Assembly: GCA_030674455.1 (NCBI GenBank)
Contig: JAUSGQ010000035.1
Coordinates: forward strand, 1 to 61,653
DNA from: a bacterium
Lineage (GTDB): Bacteria; Patescibacteriota; Minisyncoccia; Phycocordibacterales; UBA2100
Direction of reading: 5' to 3'
DNA length: 61,653 nucleotides
Shown here in pieces: positions 35,952-45,713 of this stretch. The translations under genes were made by a program, and so were the position numbers. The notes beneath the pieces are model-generated. The model was given only the letters and a program-made list of their open reading frames with translations, had not been told where the DNA came from and did no database searches. Position 1 is the stretch's first letter. The number at the start of each line of letters is the position of its first letter.

Positions 35952-37627
35952 CGGATCTTGCGCACGATATAGGAATTGCCGAGTTGCTTAGATGAGAAAA
36001 AGTCCGGGAGAGCGTTTGTGTCTTGGGGGGCCACGAAGCAAGCTTCCATGTGAATTTGAAAACATGTTCCCGCTCTAATCTCATCCGCTGTGCACGGGTT
36101 CGCGCAGTTGCGCTTAATCATCCATATCGAATGTGTGCCGGCAAAACGCTCGATGTAGGCGGCATCTTCTTCATCAGAATATGTAATGAAAGCAAGAGGT
36201 TTGAATACAGGGTCTTTTGGCAGAATATCGCGATTTTCCAATAGAAACTTGAACCTGCCCATATCGCTTCTCGTTTCACCCAATAGCGGCAGTGATTCAT
36301 AGTTAACCGGCAGAGTCAGTCGTTTCGCCGTGTGGTCGGCGATAAAAACGTTAGCGGGCGAATTATATTTCTCCATAATCGTTGCCAGCAATACAGTTTC
36401 CGAAGAAGGCCGCCAGAATAGTTGTATAGCGTGGACGCCTATGGCAAAAAATAATACGCCAGAGAGTACGAGCGCGCCCCTCACCGCCTTCGGACTAAGC
36501 TCGCTGAGAAGAATTGCTGCGGAGAAACTGCAGGCAATCGTAAGAATAATCGCGTATCGCGCGCCGGCGTCAAGACCGATGCCCGCATGAAAAATAAGGT
36601 ATGTCAGAACCGGATGCAGGCATGCGATTGCAATCCACAGGCGTTTACGCGAATCCGCAAGAATCGATTTGCAATAATATATCAAGAAAAGCAGCACAAT
36701 CGCTGCGGCAATGTAGAGCAACGAAAGCGGCTGTGTGGTAACGGTAAAGATAAGCGGCTTCGTGAGGCGCGCGAACCAATCAATGGCGCCCTCGGCCGTT
36801 CTCGATGTCGTTTCTTTTAATTGAGCAGATATCGTATATGCCCGCCATACGAATGATATCTGGGTAGCGGAGAATAAGACAATCAGATACCAATACTTCA
36901 AGCAGTAACTCCACAGGTCGCGAAAACTGACATGCCGAAGCAGAATCGCGTAAAGCGCGAGTAGCGCGATAGAAAATACTCCGAACCAGCTTTGGAAGAA
37001 GGTAAGCACGCCACTCCAGACGAAAAGCACTATGTAATATTTTTTGTCTATGAACGGGCGCCCCAGGCGTGCGAGATAATATTCCTGTGCGATAAAAATG
37101 GCGCTCATCGCGGAAACAAAGATGATGTAGAACACCCACATCTTCGCAGTGTGCAGAAATTCAATCACCAGAACATTGCTCAAAAGCAAAAAAAGAAAAA
37201 GTATCAGCGTGAGAGCAAGCTCGCGCGGAATTTCTCTCTTCTTGAAATAAAAGAAGAAGAAAAGGATAGTTGCAAGAGCAGAGATTCCATTAACCAGCCG
37301 AAGTATATGCAGCAGTTCTCCGGTATTCTGCGCTACCCAAAGCTTTGCCGCCATTATTGAAAAGTCCGAAGCTGCGACTACCGCGCCCAAAACAGGCAGC
37401 ATCACGAGCGTGTCAATGTACGTTTGCGGACCGCCGTAATAGGCGCCCGATGGAGTAAACTCCCAGCCAGGGATAGTGTGTTTCTCTATGGAGAACAGGG
37501 AAGTGCTTAAAAAATAGCTTTCGTCTCCGATAATATCCGGATTATTTCCGAACGGATTCGGGTTCAAAATAGCGAACGAGAGAAATATGAAAAGGCCGAT
37601 CAGGACTATCTTCTTTACTGCAGTCAT
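35948..37627 (-). CDS. multi-TM protein, probable GT-C fold glycosyltransferase
   Basis: Acidic DE motif after TM1 (IIGDESYF), about 11 TM helices, RY motif, soluble C-terminus; next to GT2 and GtrA. Confidence 0.65.
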   Translation of the reverse strand: MTAVKKIVLIGLFIFLSFAILNPNPFGNNPDIIGDESYFLSTSLFSIEKHTIPGWEFTPSGAYYGGPQTYIDTLVMLPVLGAVVAASDFSIMAAKLWVAQNTGELLHILRLVNGISALATILFFFFYFKKREIPRELALTLILFLFLLLSNVLVIEFLHTAKMWVFYIIFVSAMSAIFIAQEYYLARLGRPFIDKKYYIVLFVWSGVLTFFQSWFGVFSIALLALYAILLRHVSFRDLWSYCLKYWYLIVLFSATQISFVWRAYTISAQLKETTSRTAEGAIDWFARLTKPLIFTVTTQPLSLLYIAAAIVLLFLIYYCKSILADSRKRLWIAIACLHPVLTYLIFHAGIGLDAGARYAIILTIACSFSAAILLSELSPKAVRGALVLSGVLFFAIGVHAIQLFWRPSSETVLLATIMEKYNSPANVFIADHTAKRLTLPVNYESLPLLGETRSDMGRFKFLLENRDILPKDPVFKPLAFITYSDEEDAAYIERFAGTHSIWMIKRNCANPCTADEIRAGTCFQIHMEACFVAPQDTNALPDFFSSKQLGNSYIVRKIR

Positions 37628-37669
37628 TGGTGCAGTATATAACGCAGAATACAGTTGAGTCGAAAGCTT

Positions 37670-37820
37670 ATCTGTCGAGGATAGTGAGGGGAATGAAAGA
37701 GTACGCTCTTTTATGCCCGAGCGGCGCAGACAGCAAAGATGGGGTATCTTTCATCTGTCGAGGATAGTGAGGGGAATGAAAGAGTACGCTCTTTTATGCC
37801 CGAGCGGCGCAGACAGCAAA
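37670..37820. repeat. two identical 68-bp structured direct repeats separated by 15 bp
   Basis: 37670-37737 equals 37753-37820; internal AAAGAG-TACG-CTCTTT hairpin. Confidence 0.85.
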
Positions 37821-37860
37821 AGTTATCTAACTTTTCCCCATTCTTCAACTATCGGGTACA

Positions 37861-38535
37861 ATGACCGAAATAGCAGCTATGGACCGTGTAAAAATCCCAA
37901 TTTTGAGCGCAATTTCTGGGGCGTTATCCGGTAAGACCATTGGCAGGGTGTATTTTAACGAAGCGGTTCGCGGGGTAGTCCCTGGGCTTTCCGGGCGCGT
38001 TCTTGACCTTGCAGGAGGCAAAAGCCCCAGTTACTTACCGCTTCTGCCGAATTCGATTGAGCTTGTGCGAACGGATATAACAGCTTCCCCCGGCGTCACG
38101 AAAGTGGATATCAACGAGCCGCTTCCATTTCCCGACAAATCATTTGATGCTGTCTTTCTATTTAATGCGCTTTATGCAACAGAAGACCCTTCTAGGCTTG
38201 CAGGAGAAATCCATCGCGTCCTGAAACCCGGAGGTTCCTGGTATCTCGCGTCTCCTTTTGTTGCAAATGAGATGCCCGAGCCGCACGACTATCTCCGCTT
38301 TACCGCCGAGGGGTTGGAGCGGCTTTGTCATAGTGCAGGATTTTCTTCAGTGGAAATTGTGAGACTGGGGGAGCGTGCAACTGCCGCCACACAGCTTCTG
38401 CACCCGTTTTTTCTTTTTAATGTTATTAGGGCACTCGTATATTCTCTGGCGCTTCTTTTCGACATGCTTATTCCCAGCTCTGTTAAAACGACACACCCAT
38501 CGCCCATCGGTTATTTTGTACGTGCAACGAAATGA
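37861..38535 (+). CDS. class I SAM-dependent methyltransferase
   Basis: VLDLAGG, LPFPDKSFDAV, EIHRVLKPGG, PHDYLRFT. Confidence 0.9.
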   Translation: MTEIAAMDRVKIPILSAISGALSGKTIGRVYFNEAVRGVVPGLSGRVLDLAGGKSPSYLPLLPNSIELVRTDITASPGVTKVDINEPLPFPDKSFDAVFLFNALYATEDPSRLAGEIHRVLKPGGSWYLASPFVANEMPEPHDYLRFTAEGLERLCHSAGFSSVEIVRLGERATAATQLLHPFFLFNVIRALVYSLALLFDMLIPSSVKTTHPSPIGYFVRATK

Positions 38536-38659
38536 ATACACATCATGAGCAAGAGTGTTATTGAATCCGCAAAATCATATATAAGCGAGCGAGCAACCGC
38601 TGCACATGAACAGCTCTCTTCGAAGTTTTGGGCAATGATAAGCTCTTTGGAAGACAGGT

Positions 38660-39832
38660 CTACGTCGTCTCCATCTCAAATATGAGAGGATGTTTCACCC
38701 CGGCAAGTTCCTTGTACAAAGCAATTGTGTTGTCCAGTGTCCTTGTCATCGTAAAGAATTGAGCGCGCGCGAAACCGCGTTTGATGAGGGTTGCCCGCAC
38801 GGGCGCTTTACAGACAAGCGCGAGTGCCTCCGCAATCGCATTGGTGTCTAACGGATTGACAATGATAGCGGCGTTACCTACTACCTCTGGAAGCGATGTC
38901 ACAGAGGACGCGATAACTGGTGTGCCACATGCCATAGCTTCAATTAAAGGGACTCCGAAGCCCTCATTAATTGATACGAAAGCAAGAGCGGCTGCTCCTC
39001 GGTAGAGTGCCGGAAGATTTTCTGTCGGTATATAGCCGAGAAAATGGATATCTGCGCTGAAGGGTGACAGCGGAAGCGCTCCAAATGTTTTCTCGTATTT
39101 TGTTTTGACGCTGCCGCCCAAGGCCAAAATCTCTTTACTTTTTGGATTGCGTTCTCGGTACTTCACGTATGCAGATACAAGATTCCCAACATTTTTGTGT
39201 AATTCGGGGCGGCCGAGAAAGAGAAAGTACGTATGAGCTTTTATATGGTATTGATTGAGTATGCGAGATACTGTCTCATCACTTGGTAGGGATTCATATA
39301 CTGGGTCAAGGCCGTTATAGATGGTGCGGACTTTTTCAGGGGGCATGCGATAGGCATATATGATTTCTTTGTTTGCATATTCAGAAACGGCAATCATCGT
39401 ATCAACATATTTCTGGAACCAGGTAAGCGTGTAGTTGAATACGCGGCGAGAGAACGTCCATGTGCCCCCCTGAACGAGAACGTCGCCACCACCGTGCGCC
39501 ATGACGAGGGTGCGTCGAGCCGGAAACAGCCAAAAGAACGGGAATATCCGTGGCTTAAGCCAATGCACGACGTCAAACCTCTCTTTGGTTGTCAGGCAAA
39601 ATCGTATGAACGACACAAAGCGCGTGGCGTATGGCAGTGGAATCTGGTGGAGCAATATCTCGCGGGCTTTTTTGTAGAGCGGTTCTTCCGGCATGGGCTT
39701 TGAATGGATAAGCGTGAGCTCTATCTCATTTTCCGTAACGAGCCGCTCAATGAGGCGGCGAAAAAAAAGCGTGCGCTCCGGCCGCAGGTCAAAATCATCT
39801 GCCATGATGGCCACGCGAATTTTCTTTTGCAT
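38660..39832 (-). CDS. glycosyltransferase family 4
   Basis: [35 protein letters not shown]. Confidence 0.92.
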   Translation of the reverse strand: MQKKIRVAIMADDFDLRPERTLFFRRLIERLVTENEIELTLIHSKPMPEEPLYKKAREILLHQIPLPYATRFVSFIRFCLTTKERFDVVHWLKPRIFPFFWLFPARRTLVMAHGGGDVLVQGGTWTFSRRVFNYTLTWFQKYVDTMIAVSEYANKEIIYAYRMPPEKVRTIYNGLDPVYESLPSDETVSRILNQYHIKAHTYFLFLGRPELHKNVGNLVSAYVKYRERNPKSKEILALGGSVKTKYEKTFGALPLSPFSADIHFLGYIPTENLPALYRGAAALAFVSINEGFGVPLIEAMACGTPVIASSVTSLPEVVGNAAIIVNPLDTNAIAEALALVCKAPVRATLIKRGFARAQFFTMTRTLDNTIALYKELAGVKHPLIFEMETT

Positions 39833-39884
39833 CGAGTTGCAGTATACGGGCTTAAAGGAAAATTTCCATATACTCGAAAAGCTC

Positions 39885-40667
39885 TCACGTAACCTCTCCC
39901 TTCACCTCGTGGAAATCAAGACCTACTTCCTCGGCGATTTTCTTCTTGCAGGCAACACGAACCTTACTCAGTTCCCGAAGGTCAAGAGTGCGGCGCCCCA
40001 TTTCTTCCAGACCGAATTCATCCTCTCGCCCTTGGCGTATCGCAGATTCTATATCCCATACGTGGCCGTTAATCTCTTTCATTTCTTCAACCCACGCATC
40101 CTTGACGTCAATGCCTTCATTGCGGTAGCTATCAAGCACCTTTCGATAGAATGTGTATTCTTTTTTGATAAAAGCGCGGTTATTGTCGTGATGCAACCGC
40201 TCAAGCTTGAGCATGGCGATGGTGACTCTATCAATAGCTTCAGGGAGCGGCAGTTTGAGACTGGTGTCGGAGGCGCTGGATTCAATCGGCACCTCGTAGA
40301 AATCAATCTTTACCTCACCGGCGATTTGACCCTTAATGATATTTCTTTCATTGTTCTTGTCGCGGAGTTGCACGGCAAGACGCCCGACATCTTCAAGCGT
40401 CAGCTTGTTTTTTCTCGCCTCCCGTATGGCGGCCTCCACATCCCATAGCGCGGCGTTAGTCTCTTTCATGCGCGTAATCCATTCGTCCTTGATGACGAGA
40501 CCGTCATCTCGGTAGCTGTCCAACACTTTCCGATAGAAATCGTATTCCTTCTCGGCGATGATGCGGGATTGTTCGTCGGTCAGCCGTTCCCGCTTGAGCA
40601 TGAGGATAGTAATTCTATCGATAGCTTCAAGGAGAGGGACTTTGAGGTTGGTGTTTACGTAGCGCAT
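39885..40667 (-). CDS. tandem-duplicated DUF6165-like helical protein
   Basis: Two ~130-aa repeats: EAIDR(I/V)TI.MLK.ERL...KEY.FYRKVLDSYR...MKE.N...WD.E.AIR. Confidence 0.7.
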   Translation of the reverse strand: MRYVNTNLKVPLLEAIDRITILMLKRERLTDEQSRIIAEKEYDFYRKVLDSYRDDGLVIKDEWITRMKETNAALWDVEAAIREARKNKLTLEDVGRLAVQLRDKNNERNIIKGQIAGEVKIDFYEVPIESSASDTSLKLPLPEAIDRVTIAMLKLERLHHDNNRAFIKKEYTFYRKVLDSYRNEGIDVKDAWVEEMKEINGHVWDIESAIRQGREDEFGLEEMGRRTLDLRELSKVRVACKKKIAEEVGLDFHEVKGEVT

Positions 40668-40741
40668 CGGATGAGTATATCAGGCCGCTTCCTGCTGTGC
40701 GCGAAAGGAGGTCTTTTTTTGAGTGAGTTATAATTATCGCT

Positions 40742-41623
40742 ATGCCACTTCTTGTTGCGGTTTTATATAATCTTGCGTTGCCCTACTGGGACACGCTTAG
40801 GAAAAATCTTGCGCAAAAGGGAGTCTCATCGCTGACGATTCTTCACGCACCCAATCTCATCGGCCACCCCATAGGGATAGCGGTTCTATTCGCGCTCGGA
40901 CTTTTTGCGATGCCATCCGACCCCACCTTTTTCTTATTTTGGTTCGGAATGATAGTGATTGCGTCCGTGGCGCAAACTTTCAACATCTGGGGATTGCTTG
41001 AGACGAAATTTTTTGGCGTACAAGTCCTCAATAGCTTGGGATTTCTCGTCAACAGTATCGCGGCGGTGATCCTTGTTGGAGAACATCTGAACTCTATTCA
41101 ACTCATAGCAATCGCACTCGCTACTATCGGAGTGGTTTGTTTTGCTTGGCCGCAACGCATGGCGCCCGGTACCTTCAAGTGGGACAGAGGCGTCATGTTC
41201 GTCATCCTGTATCTCGTACTTTCTGGGTTCTCGGCGGCACTCTATAAGCTCGCCACATTTCACACGCCCGATTACAACACGTTTCTTACGGGCCGTTTTG
41301 TTGGCGACCTAATCGGATGGACGATTGTCTGGGTCATCGGTCTTACTTTAATCAGCCATCGCAGTCCTGCCGCAGAATTAGTTCGCTGTGTGAGCAATCC
41401 TTCGGGGCAGAAAATGATAGCGGGTATTATTCTCTCAACGTTGGTAAGTTCGTGGCTGATATACACGTTGCCGCTCTCAACGGTCGCAATGCTCGGGACT
41501 CTCACGATTCCGAGCGCGTATTTGTACGGACGCTTCAAATATAATGACAAGGTAACAACGCGAATGTGGGCAGGAACTGCTCTTATTGTTCCGGCGGTGC
41601 TACTTTTTATTTATTTCCGATAG
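40742..41623 (+). CDS. DMT/EamA-like ten-TM transporter
   Basis: About 10 TM helices in two halves; AVILVGEHLN..Q pattern. Confidence 0.7.
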   Translation: MPLLVAVLYNLALPYWDTLRKNLAQKGVSSLTILHAPNLIGHPIGIAVLFALGLFAMPSDPTFFLFWFGMIVIASVAQTFNIWGLLETKFFGVQVLNSLGFLVNSIAAVILVGEHLNSIQLIAIALATIGVVCFAWPQRMAPGTFKWDRGVMFVILYLVLSGFSAALYKLATFHTPDYNTFLTGRFVGDLIGWTIVWVIGLTLISHRSPAAELVRCVSNPSGQKMIAGIILSTLVSSWLIYTLPLSTVAMLGTLTIPSAYLYGRFKYNDKVTTRMWAGTALIVPAVLLFIYFR

Positions 41624-42370
41624 TGTCGGTTTATGTATGACGGAGACGCCGCGTTGCTGGACGACCTGCGTAGTGCAAATATTCGCAAACCGGATGGCAT
41701 CTTCAATATTGCCAGTCTCTGCATACCGCACCAAGAGAGCGGCGAAGAAGCTGTCTCCTGCACCTGAAGAATCTTTTGTTTCTATTCTTTCTACGGGGTA
41801 CATCTTTCCTTTAAAATTGGCGCCATGCTCGCCTTTGGTGCAGATTATTTTCCTCGCGATATCCTTCGCGATTGGCCACGAGCGGTCGTACTCGTAGGCG
41901 TTTATTTTAATGAATTTTGCGCGCCGCAGGAAGGCACCAACGGGCTTTTTCGTATCTACGAAGACGCAATCGTGATGCTCGCAAATATACTGCATGTCCT
42001 CTTTGGTCAAGAATCCTTTGTTGTAATCCGATATCGCGATGATATCGTATTTCTTTAAAGGGAGCTGGCGCACATTTATACGCTTCATGGTGTGGTCCGC
42101 ATCCACTCTGAAAAAGCCCTGGTTGGTTCTGTGGTGCATGTAGCGTATTTTGGTGACCTTGCGCCAATTTGTGTTTGTCACAATGTCGCACAACTTGTAA
42201 AGCGCCTTCACGTTGCGCTCCACGTTCTTCGCCATGCCTGGGTTCTCTGTCTCTTCAACTATTTCCAGGATTGGCACAGGAATATCCGGCGCTAGTCGAA
42301 GGCTGTTGCAATACACGAATATGTCGTAGCAACTCTCACCGACGACGAGTATTTTTTTATGGTTTTTCAT
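41600..42370 (-). CDS. PfkB-family kinase, HldE/RfaE domain I-like (heptose 7-phosphate kinase)
   Basis: ILVVGE..DIFVY...RLAPDIPVP, PGMAKNV, ISDYNKG, VDTK, DSSGAGDSF. Confidence 0.82.
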   Translation of the reverse strand: MKNHKKILVVGESCYDIFVYCNSLRLAPDIPVPILEIVEETENPGMAKNVERNVKALYKLCDIVTNTNWRKVTKIRYMHHRTNQGFFRVDADHTMKRINVRQLPLKKYDIIAISDYNKGFLTKEDMQYICEHHDCVFVDTKKPVGAFLRRAKFIKINAYEYDRSWPIAKDIARKIICTKGEHGANFKGKMYPVERIETKDSSGAGDSFFAALLVRYAETGNIEDAIRFANICTTQVVQQRGVSVIHKPTLSEINKK

Positions 42371-43404
42371 GAAAGTGTGATTGAGGGCGCCAGATGCAAC
42401 TCTTCAAACGTCAGCACGTGCTTAATATCAGGTTTCTTCATGGCTCGCAAGACAGCGTTCGCGATGTCCACTTTTGTCGGATAGTAGCTCTCGGTCAGCG
42501 CGGTGGAGGTCGGGCAGGGGACTGCGGGAGTGCAAAGAGCAACCGGCTTGTTTTTAAGCGGCATGACTTTTGCTACAGCCGCGATAATTTCAGAACCGAT
42601 TGAAAACGCGGCTGGCGCCGTATCCACACATAGGAGGCGTCCAGTCTTTGCCACTGACTTAGCGATAGTTTCGTTGTCAACGGGATTAATGCTCACAACA
42701 TCAATCAGTTCTATGCCCGCGGATTTTCCGACCAGGTCATATGCTTCAAGCGCAGATACCAGCCCATCGCCGTATGCAACCACTGTTATATCAGCCCCCT
42801 TTTTCAGCACTTTTGCCTTATCAAGCGGCTCCTCCCACATTTCTGCAGGCACGTCTTGTTTTACCTTGTAGAGCCAGCGCGACTCTAGAATAATTACGGG
42901 ATTGTTATCGCGAACTGCCGAGATGAGGAGCCCCTTTGCCATTCGCGGTGTTGACGGTATGACGACCTTAAGCCCCGGGGTTCCTCCGAACAGGCCGTAT
43001 AGCGATTGCGTATGCTGCGGCCCGTTGCCCCATTGCCGACCGACAGCGATGCGTAATGTAATCGGCACGGGGTTTCCCCCACCGAACATGTAATTCCATT
43101 TTGCAGCTTGAGTGAGGATTGGGTCCATCGCTAGCAAACTGAACTCGACTCGCCCATGGTGCACGATAGGCCGTAGACCGCTAAATGCCGCGCCGACCGC
43201 CATTCCGGTGAATGCATTTTCTGACACGGGGACGTCCAGCACTCTTTTTGGATATTTCATCGCAAGACCGGAGGTTGTTCCGTCTGCTGCACCGTCTTTA
43301 TATGAGACGCCGAGTCCAACAACGAAGACCGACGAGTCTTTTTCTAAGAGTTGGTCGGTTGCTTCTCGGACCGCATCTGTATATTTAAGTATTCTTTCAG
43401 ACAT
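42367..43404 (-). CDS. TPP-dependent 2-oxoacid dehydrogenase E1 beta-like subunit
   Basis: DVPVSEN..TG.AVGAA..GLRP, GPQHTQ, PGLKVV.P, DNNPVI; start reassigned to 43404. Confidence 0.88.
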   Translation of the reverse strand: MSERILKYTDAVREATDQLLEKDSSVFVVGLGVSYKDGAADGTTSGLAMKYPKRVLDVPVSENAFTGMAVGAAFSGLRPIVHHGRVEFSLLAMDPILTQAAKWNYMFGGGNPVPITLRIAVGRQWGNGPQHTQSLYGLFGGTPGLKVVIPSTPRMAKGLLISAVRDNNPVIILESRWLYKVKQDVPAEMWEEPLDKAKVLKKGADITVVAYGDGLVSALEAYDLVGKSAGIELIDVVSINPVDNETIAKSVAKTGRLLCVDTAPAAFSIGSEIIAAVAKVMPLKNKPVALCTPAVPCPTSTALTESYYPTKVDIANAVLRAMKKPDIKHVLTFEELHLAPSITLS

Positions 43405-43421
43405 ACAATGAATCAGGCAAA

Positions 43422-43550
43422 CCCGGTTAGTACAATTTCGAATAATTCTTGCGGCTGCTGGTTCGAACAAAAACTGGTCGTTCGCATCAGCACGCTTGTG
43501 TTTTCAGTGTATGTGTTCATATCAGAGTAATTCGAAATTGTCCTACCGGG
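43422..43550 (-). mobile_element. MITE-like element family A copy 2 (129 bp, TSD TTTG on minus strand)
   Basis: Minus strand: TTTG|CCCGGTAGGACAATTTCGAAT...ATTCGAAATTGTACTAACCGGG|TTTG; internal similarity to 17868-18000. Confidence 0.85.
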
Positions 43551-44544
43551 CAAACACGTTAGTATAAAGTGTTTCCGGTTTCGGATACGGAGCCGCAAAC
43601 GCAAAAGCGATGCTTTCATCGGCGTATCTGATTTTCTCGCTTTCGATCGATGCGAGTTTCTTCTCGGACACGCCTGCACGCCGAAGTTCCGATCGAAGTC
43701 TTTTAATCGAATCTTGCTGCAATCGTTTTTCCAGCACATCCTCTTTTCGGCTGCTTTCGTCGAAGATCGGAGCGCTATGCGCCATGTGGCGGTGCGTGAA
43801 GCACTCCAACACCCCCGGACCGTTGCCCTTTCGCAAATACGCGACCATTTTTCCGGCTTTTACGCGGACGTCGCGATAATTCTTTCCGTCTGCCTTAATA
43901 TATTTTGCGCCAAATCCTCTAACGATTTTGGCAACGTTATGTCCCTCGGCTCGCCTGTCTTTGAGCGGAGAATTGACTGAATATAAATTATTCTCCACGA
44001 CTATAAGAAGCGGAAGCTTGAAAAGCCCGGCAAGGTTAATGGTTTCGTAGATAACGCCTTCTTCAAAAGCGCCGTCTCCCAAGAACGCAACAGTGACACT
44101 TTTTCTCTTATTGTATTTTTGTTCAAAGGCTACCCCGCAAGATAATGGAACTACGCTTCCAAGAATAGGCGTTGAGCCGACAAAATTAACCGAGCGGTCA
44201 ACCATGTGCATTGACCCGCCCTTGCCTTTGGCGAGTCCGCCTTCTTTCCCGAGCAATTCGCATACCATGCGCTTGAGATCGCCTCCTTTTGCGAGATAGT
44301 GCCCGTGTGAGCGGTGATTGCCGAGCATCTTGTCCTTGAGTCCAATACTGTCTGCAACGCCGACCGCTACGGCCTCCTGCCCTATGTAGAAATGAACGAA
44401 GCTCATTATTTTGTTCTTCAAATACAGGGCGGCTATCTTTTCTTCCGCAACACGTATAAGAAACATTTTCTCGTATGCGCGCAGAAGAGCGCCGGTTGAT
44501 AGCGCCACGTCTTGCCTTTTATTCTTGCGCGATATTATTGCCAT
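43543..44544 (-). CDS. TPP-dependent 2-oxoacid dehydrogenase E1 alpha-like subunit
   Basis: HFYIGQEAVAVG, HRSHGH, KGKGGSMH, LGDGA.EEG...ENN (TPP motif). Confidence 0.9.
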   Translation of the reverse strand: MAIISRKNKRQDVALSTGALLRAYEKMFLIRVAEEKIAALYLKNKIMSFVHFYIGQEAVAVGVADSIGLKDKMLGNHRSHGHYLAKGGDLKRMVCELLGKEGGLAKGKGGSMHMVDRSVNFVGSTPILGSVVPLSCGVAFEQKYNKRKSVTVAFLGDGAFEEGVIYETINLAGLFKLPLLIVVENNLYSVNSPLKDRRAEGHNVAKIVRGFGAKYIKADGKNYRDVRVKAGKMVAYLRKGNGPGVLECFTHRHMAHSAPIFDESSRKEDVLEKRLQQDSIKRLRSELRRAGVSEKKLASIESEKIRYADESIAFAFAAPYPKPETLYTNVFAR

Positions 44545-44545
44545 A

Positions 44546-44679
44546 CCCGGTTAGTAGAATTTCGGCTTGCCGAAGGCGAAAGCTGAGAATAATAGACGAA
44601 GTATACACATCTGTACTGCGTGGTCGACCTTACCCATCTCAGGGGCGGCAAAAAACATAGCCGAAATTACACTACCGGG
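44546..44679 (-). mobile_element. MITE-like element family A copy 3 (134 bp, TSD TATG on minus strand)
   Basis: Minus strand: TATG|CCCGGTAGTGTAATTTCGGCT...AGCCGAAATTCTACTAACCGGG|TATG. Confidence 0.8.
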
Positions 44680-45713
44680 CATATATCTATCATGATTCTG
44701 TTTGCCTTACCGTCTCTCATGAGAGCGATGGCCTCGTTTATGTTTTCGAGCGATGTGCGGTGCGTGACGAAGTCGTCTGCCTTCAATTTGCCTGAACGAT
44801 ATAAATCAATATATCGCGGTATATCGCGCGCAGGTGAGAATTGTCCGCCCTGCGTTGCTTTGATCATTTTGCCCTCTCCGCCGAATAAGTGAAGCGCGTC
44901 CACCAGACCAACGCTCTCTCCAGGTTTAGGTTGGCCCACCATAATGTAGCGACCAGAACCAGCCAAGAGGGGAATGGTATCCTCAATACTCTTGCTATTC
45001 CCGGAGGTCTCCACAATAACATTGACCCCCTTGCTTCCGCATACCCTTTCAACAGCTTCTCGTACATTTTCTTTTGCACTGTTTATGAATATGTTTGCCC
45101 CGAGGGATAATGCGGCATCCTTTTTACGGTCGTGTATATCGACTGCGATTATCGGGTTTGCCTGCGCAAGAACTGCGGCCTTTATGAAACAAGCGCCTAG
45201 CCCGCCCAATCCTACTATCATGACACTTTCTCCGGGCTGTACCCGTGCTTCATTCTCTATGGTCGCGAGAGCGGTTGAGAGGCCGCATCCGAGCAATGCG
45301 CAGAAATCATTTGGAATATCCGCCGGCACTTTAGTAATCCGATTTTCCGACACGACAGAATATTCGCTGAATGTCGTTACCTTGCCGCTCGGCATCTTTT
45401 TCCCTTTATATGTATACGTGGGAAAGTCTGATTCAATACCGTCTCCCTTGCGCCAGTGCAACACTACTTTGTCGCCCTTTTGCACTTTTGTTACATCTGC
45501 GCCCACATCAGCGACTTCTCCGCATCCTTCGTGTCCGAGAAGGTGAGGCACGAATTTCCCATTGCCTTTGTTGCCGGCGATTTCTTGAAGCTGGGATCCG
45601 CATATTCCGCTTACGAGGATTTTTACCAGCACCTGACCGCGCCCTAGCGCTCCGAGTTCAACATCGGCAATGACGAGCGGAGCGTTGATTGTCTCTAATA
45701 TGGCGGCTTTCAT
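44667..45713 (-). CDS. zinc-binding alcohol dehydrogenase (MDR family)
   Basis: SGICGS, LGHEGCG, LLGCG, GLGGLG; structural-Zn cysteine loop absent. Confidence 0.9.
   Translation of the reverse strand: MKAAILETINAPLVIADVELGALGRGQVLVKILVSGICGSQLQEIAGNKGNGKFVPHLLGHEGCGEVADVGADVTKVQKGDKVVLHWRKGDGIESDFPTYTYKGKKMPSGKVTTFSEYSVVSENRITKVPADIPNDFCALLGCGLSTALATIENEARVQPGESVMIVGLGGLGACFIKAAVLAQANPIIAVDIHDRKKDAALSLGANIFINSAKENVREAVERVCGSKGVNVIVETSGNSKSIEDTIPLLAGSGRYIMVGQPKPGESVGLVDALHLFGGEGKMIKATQGGQFSPARDIPRYIDLYRSGKLKADDFVTHRTSLENINEAIALMRDGKANRIMIDICPVV

Noticed and set aside
37670-37820. CRISPR array
   Set aside because: Two 68-bp units with a 15-bp spacer do not fit CRISPR repeat or spacer sizes.
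38545-38685. Short ORF MSKSVIESAK... after the methyltransferase
   Set aside because: About 46 codons, overlaps the convergent GT4 end and has no recognisable motif; may be a remnant but is unsupported.
42367-44544. Central-metabolism pyruvate dehydrogenase (pdhA/pdhB)
   Set aside because: No E2/E3 nearby and the pair sits in a sugar-nucleotide operon, so gene symbols are withheld.
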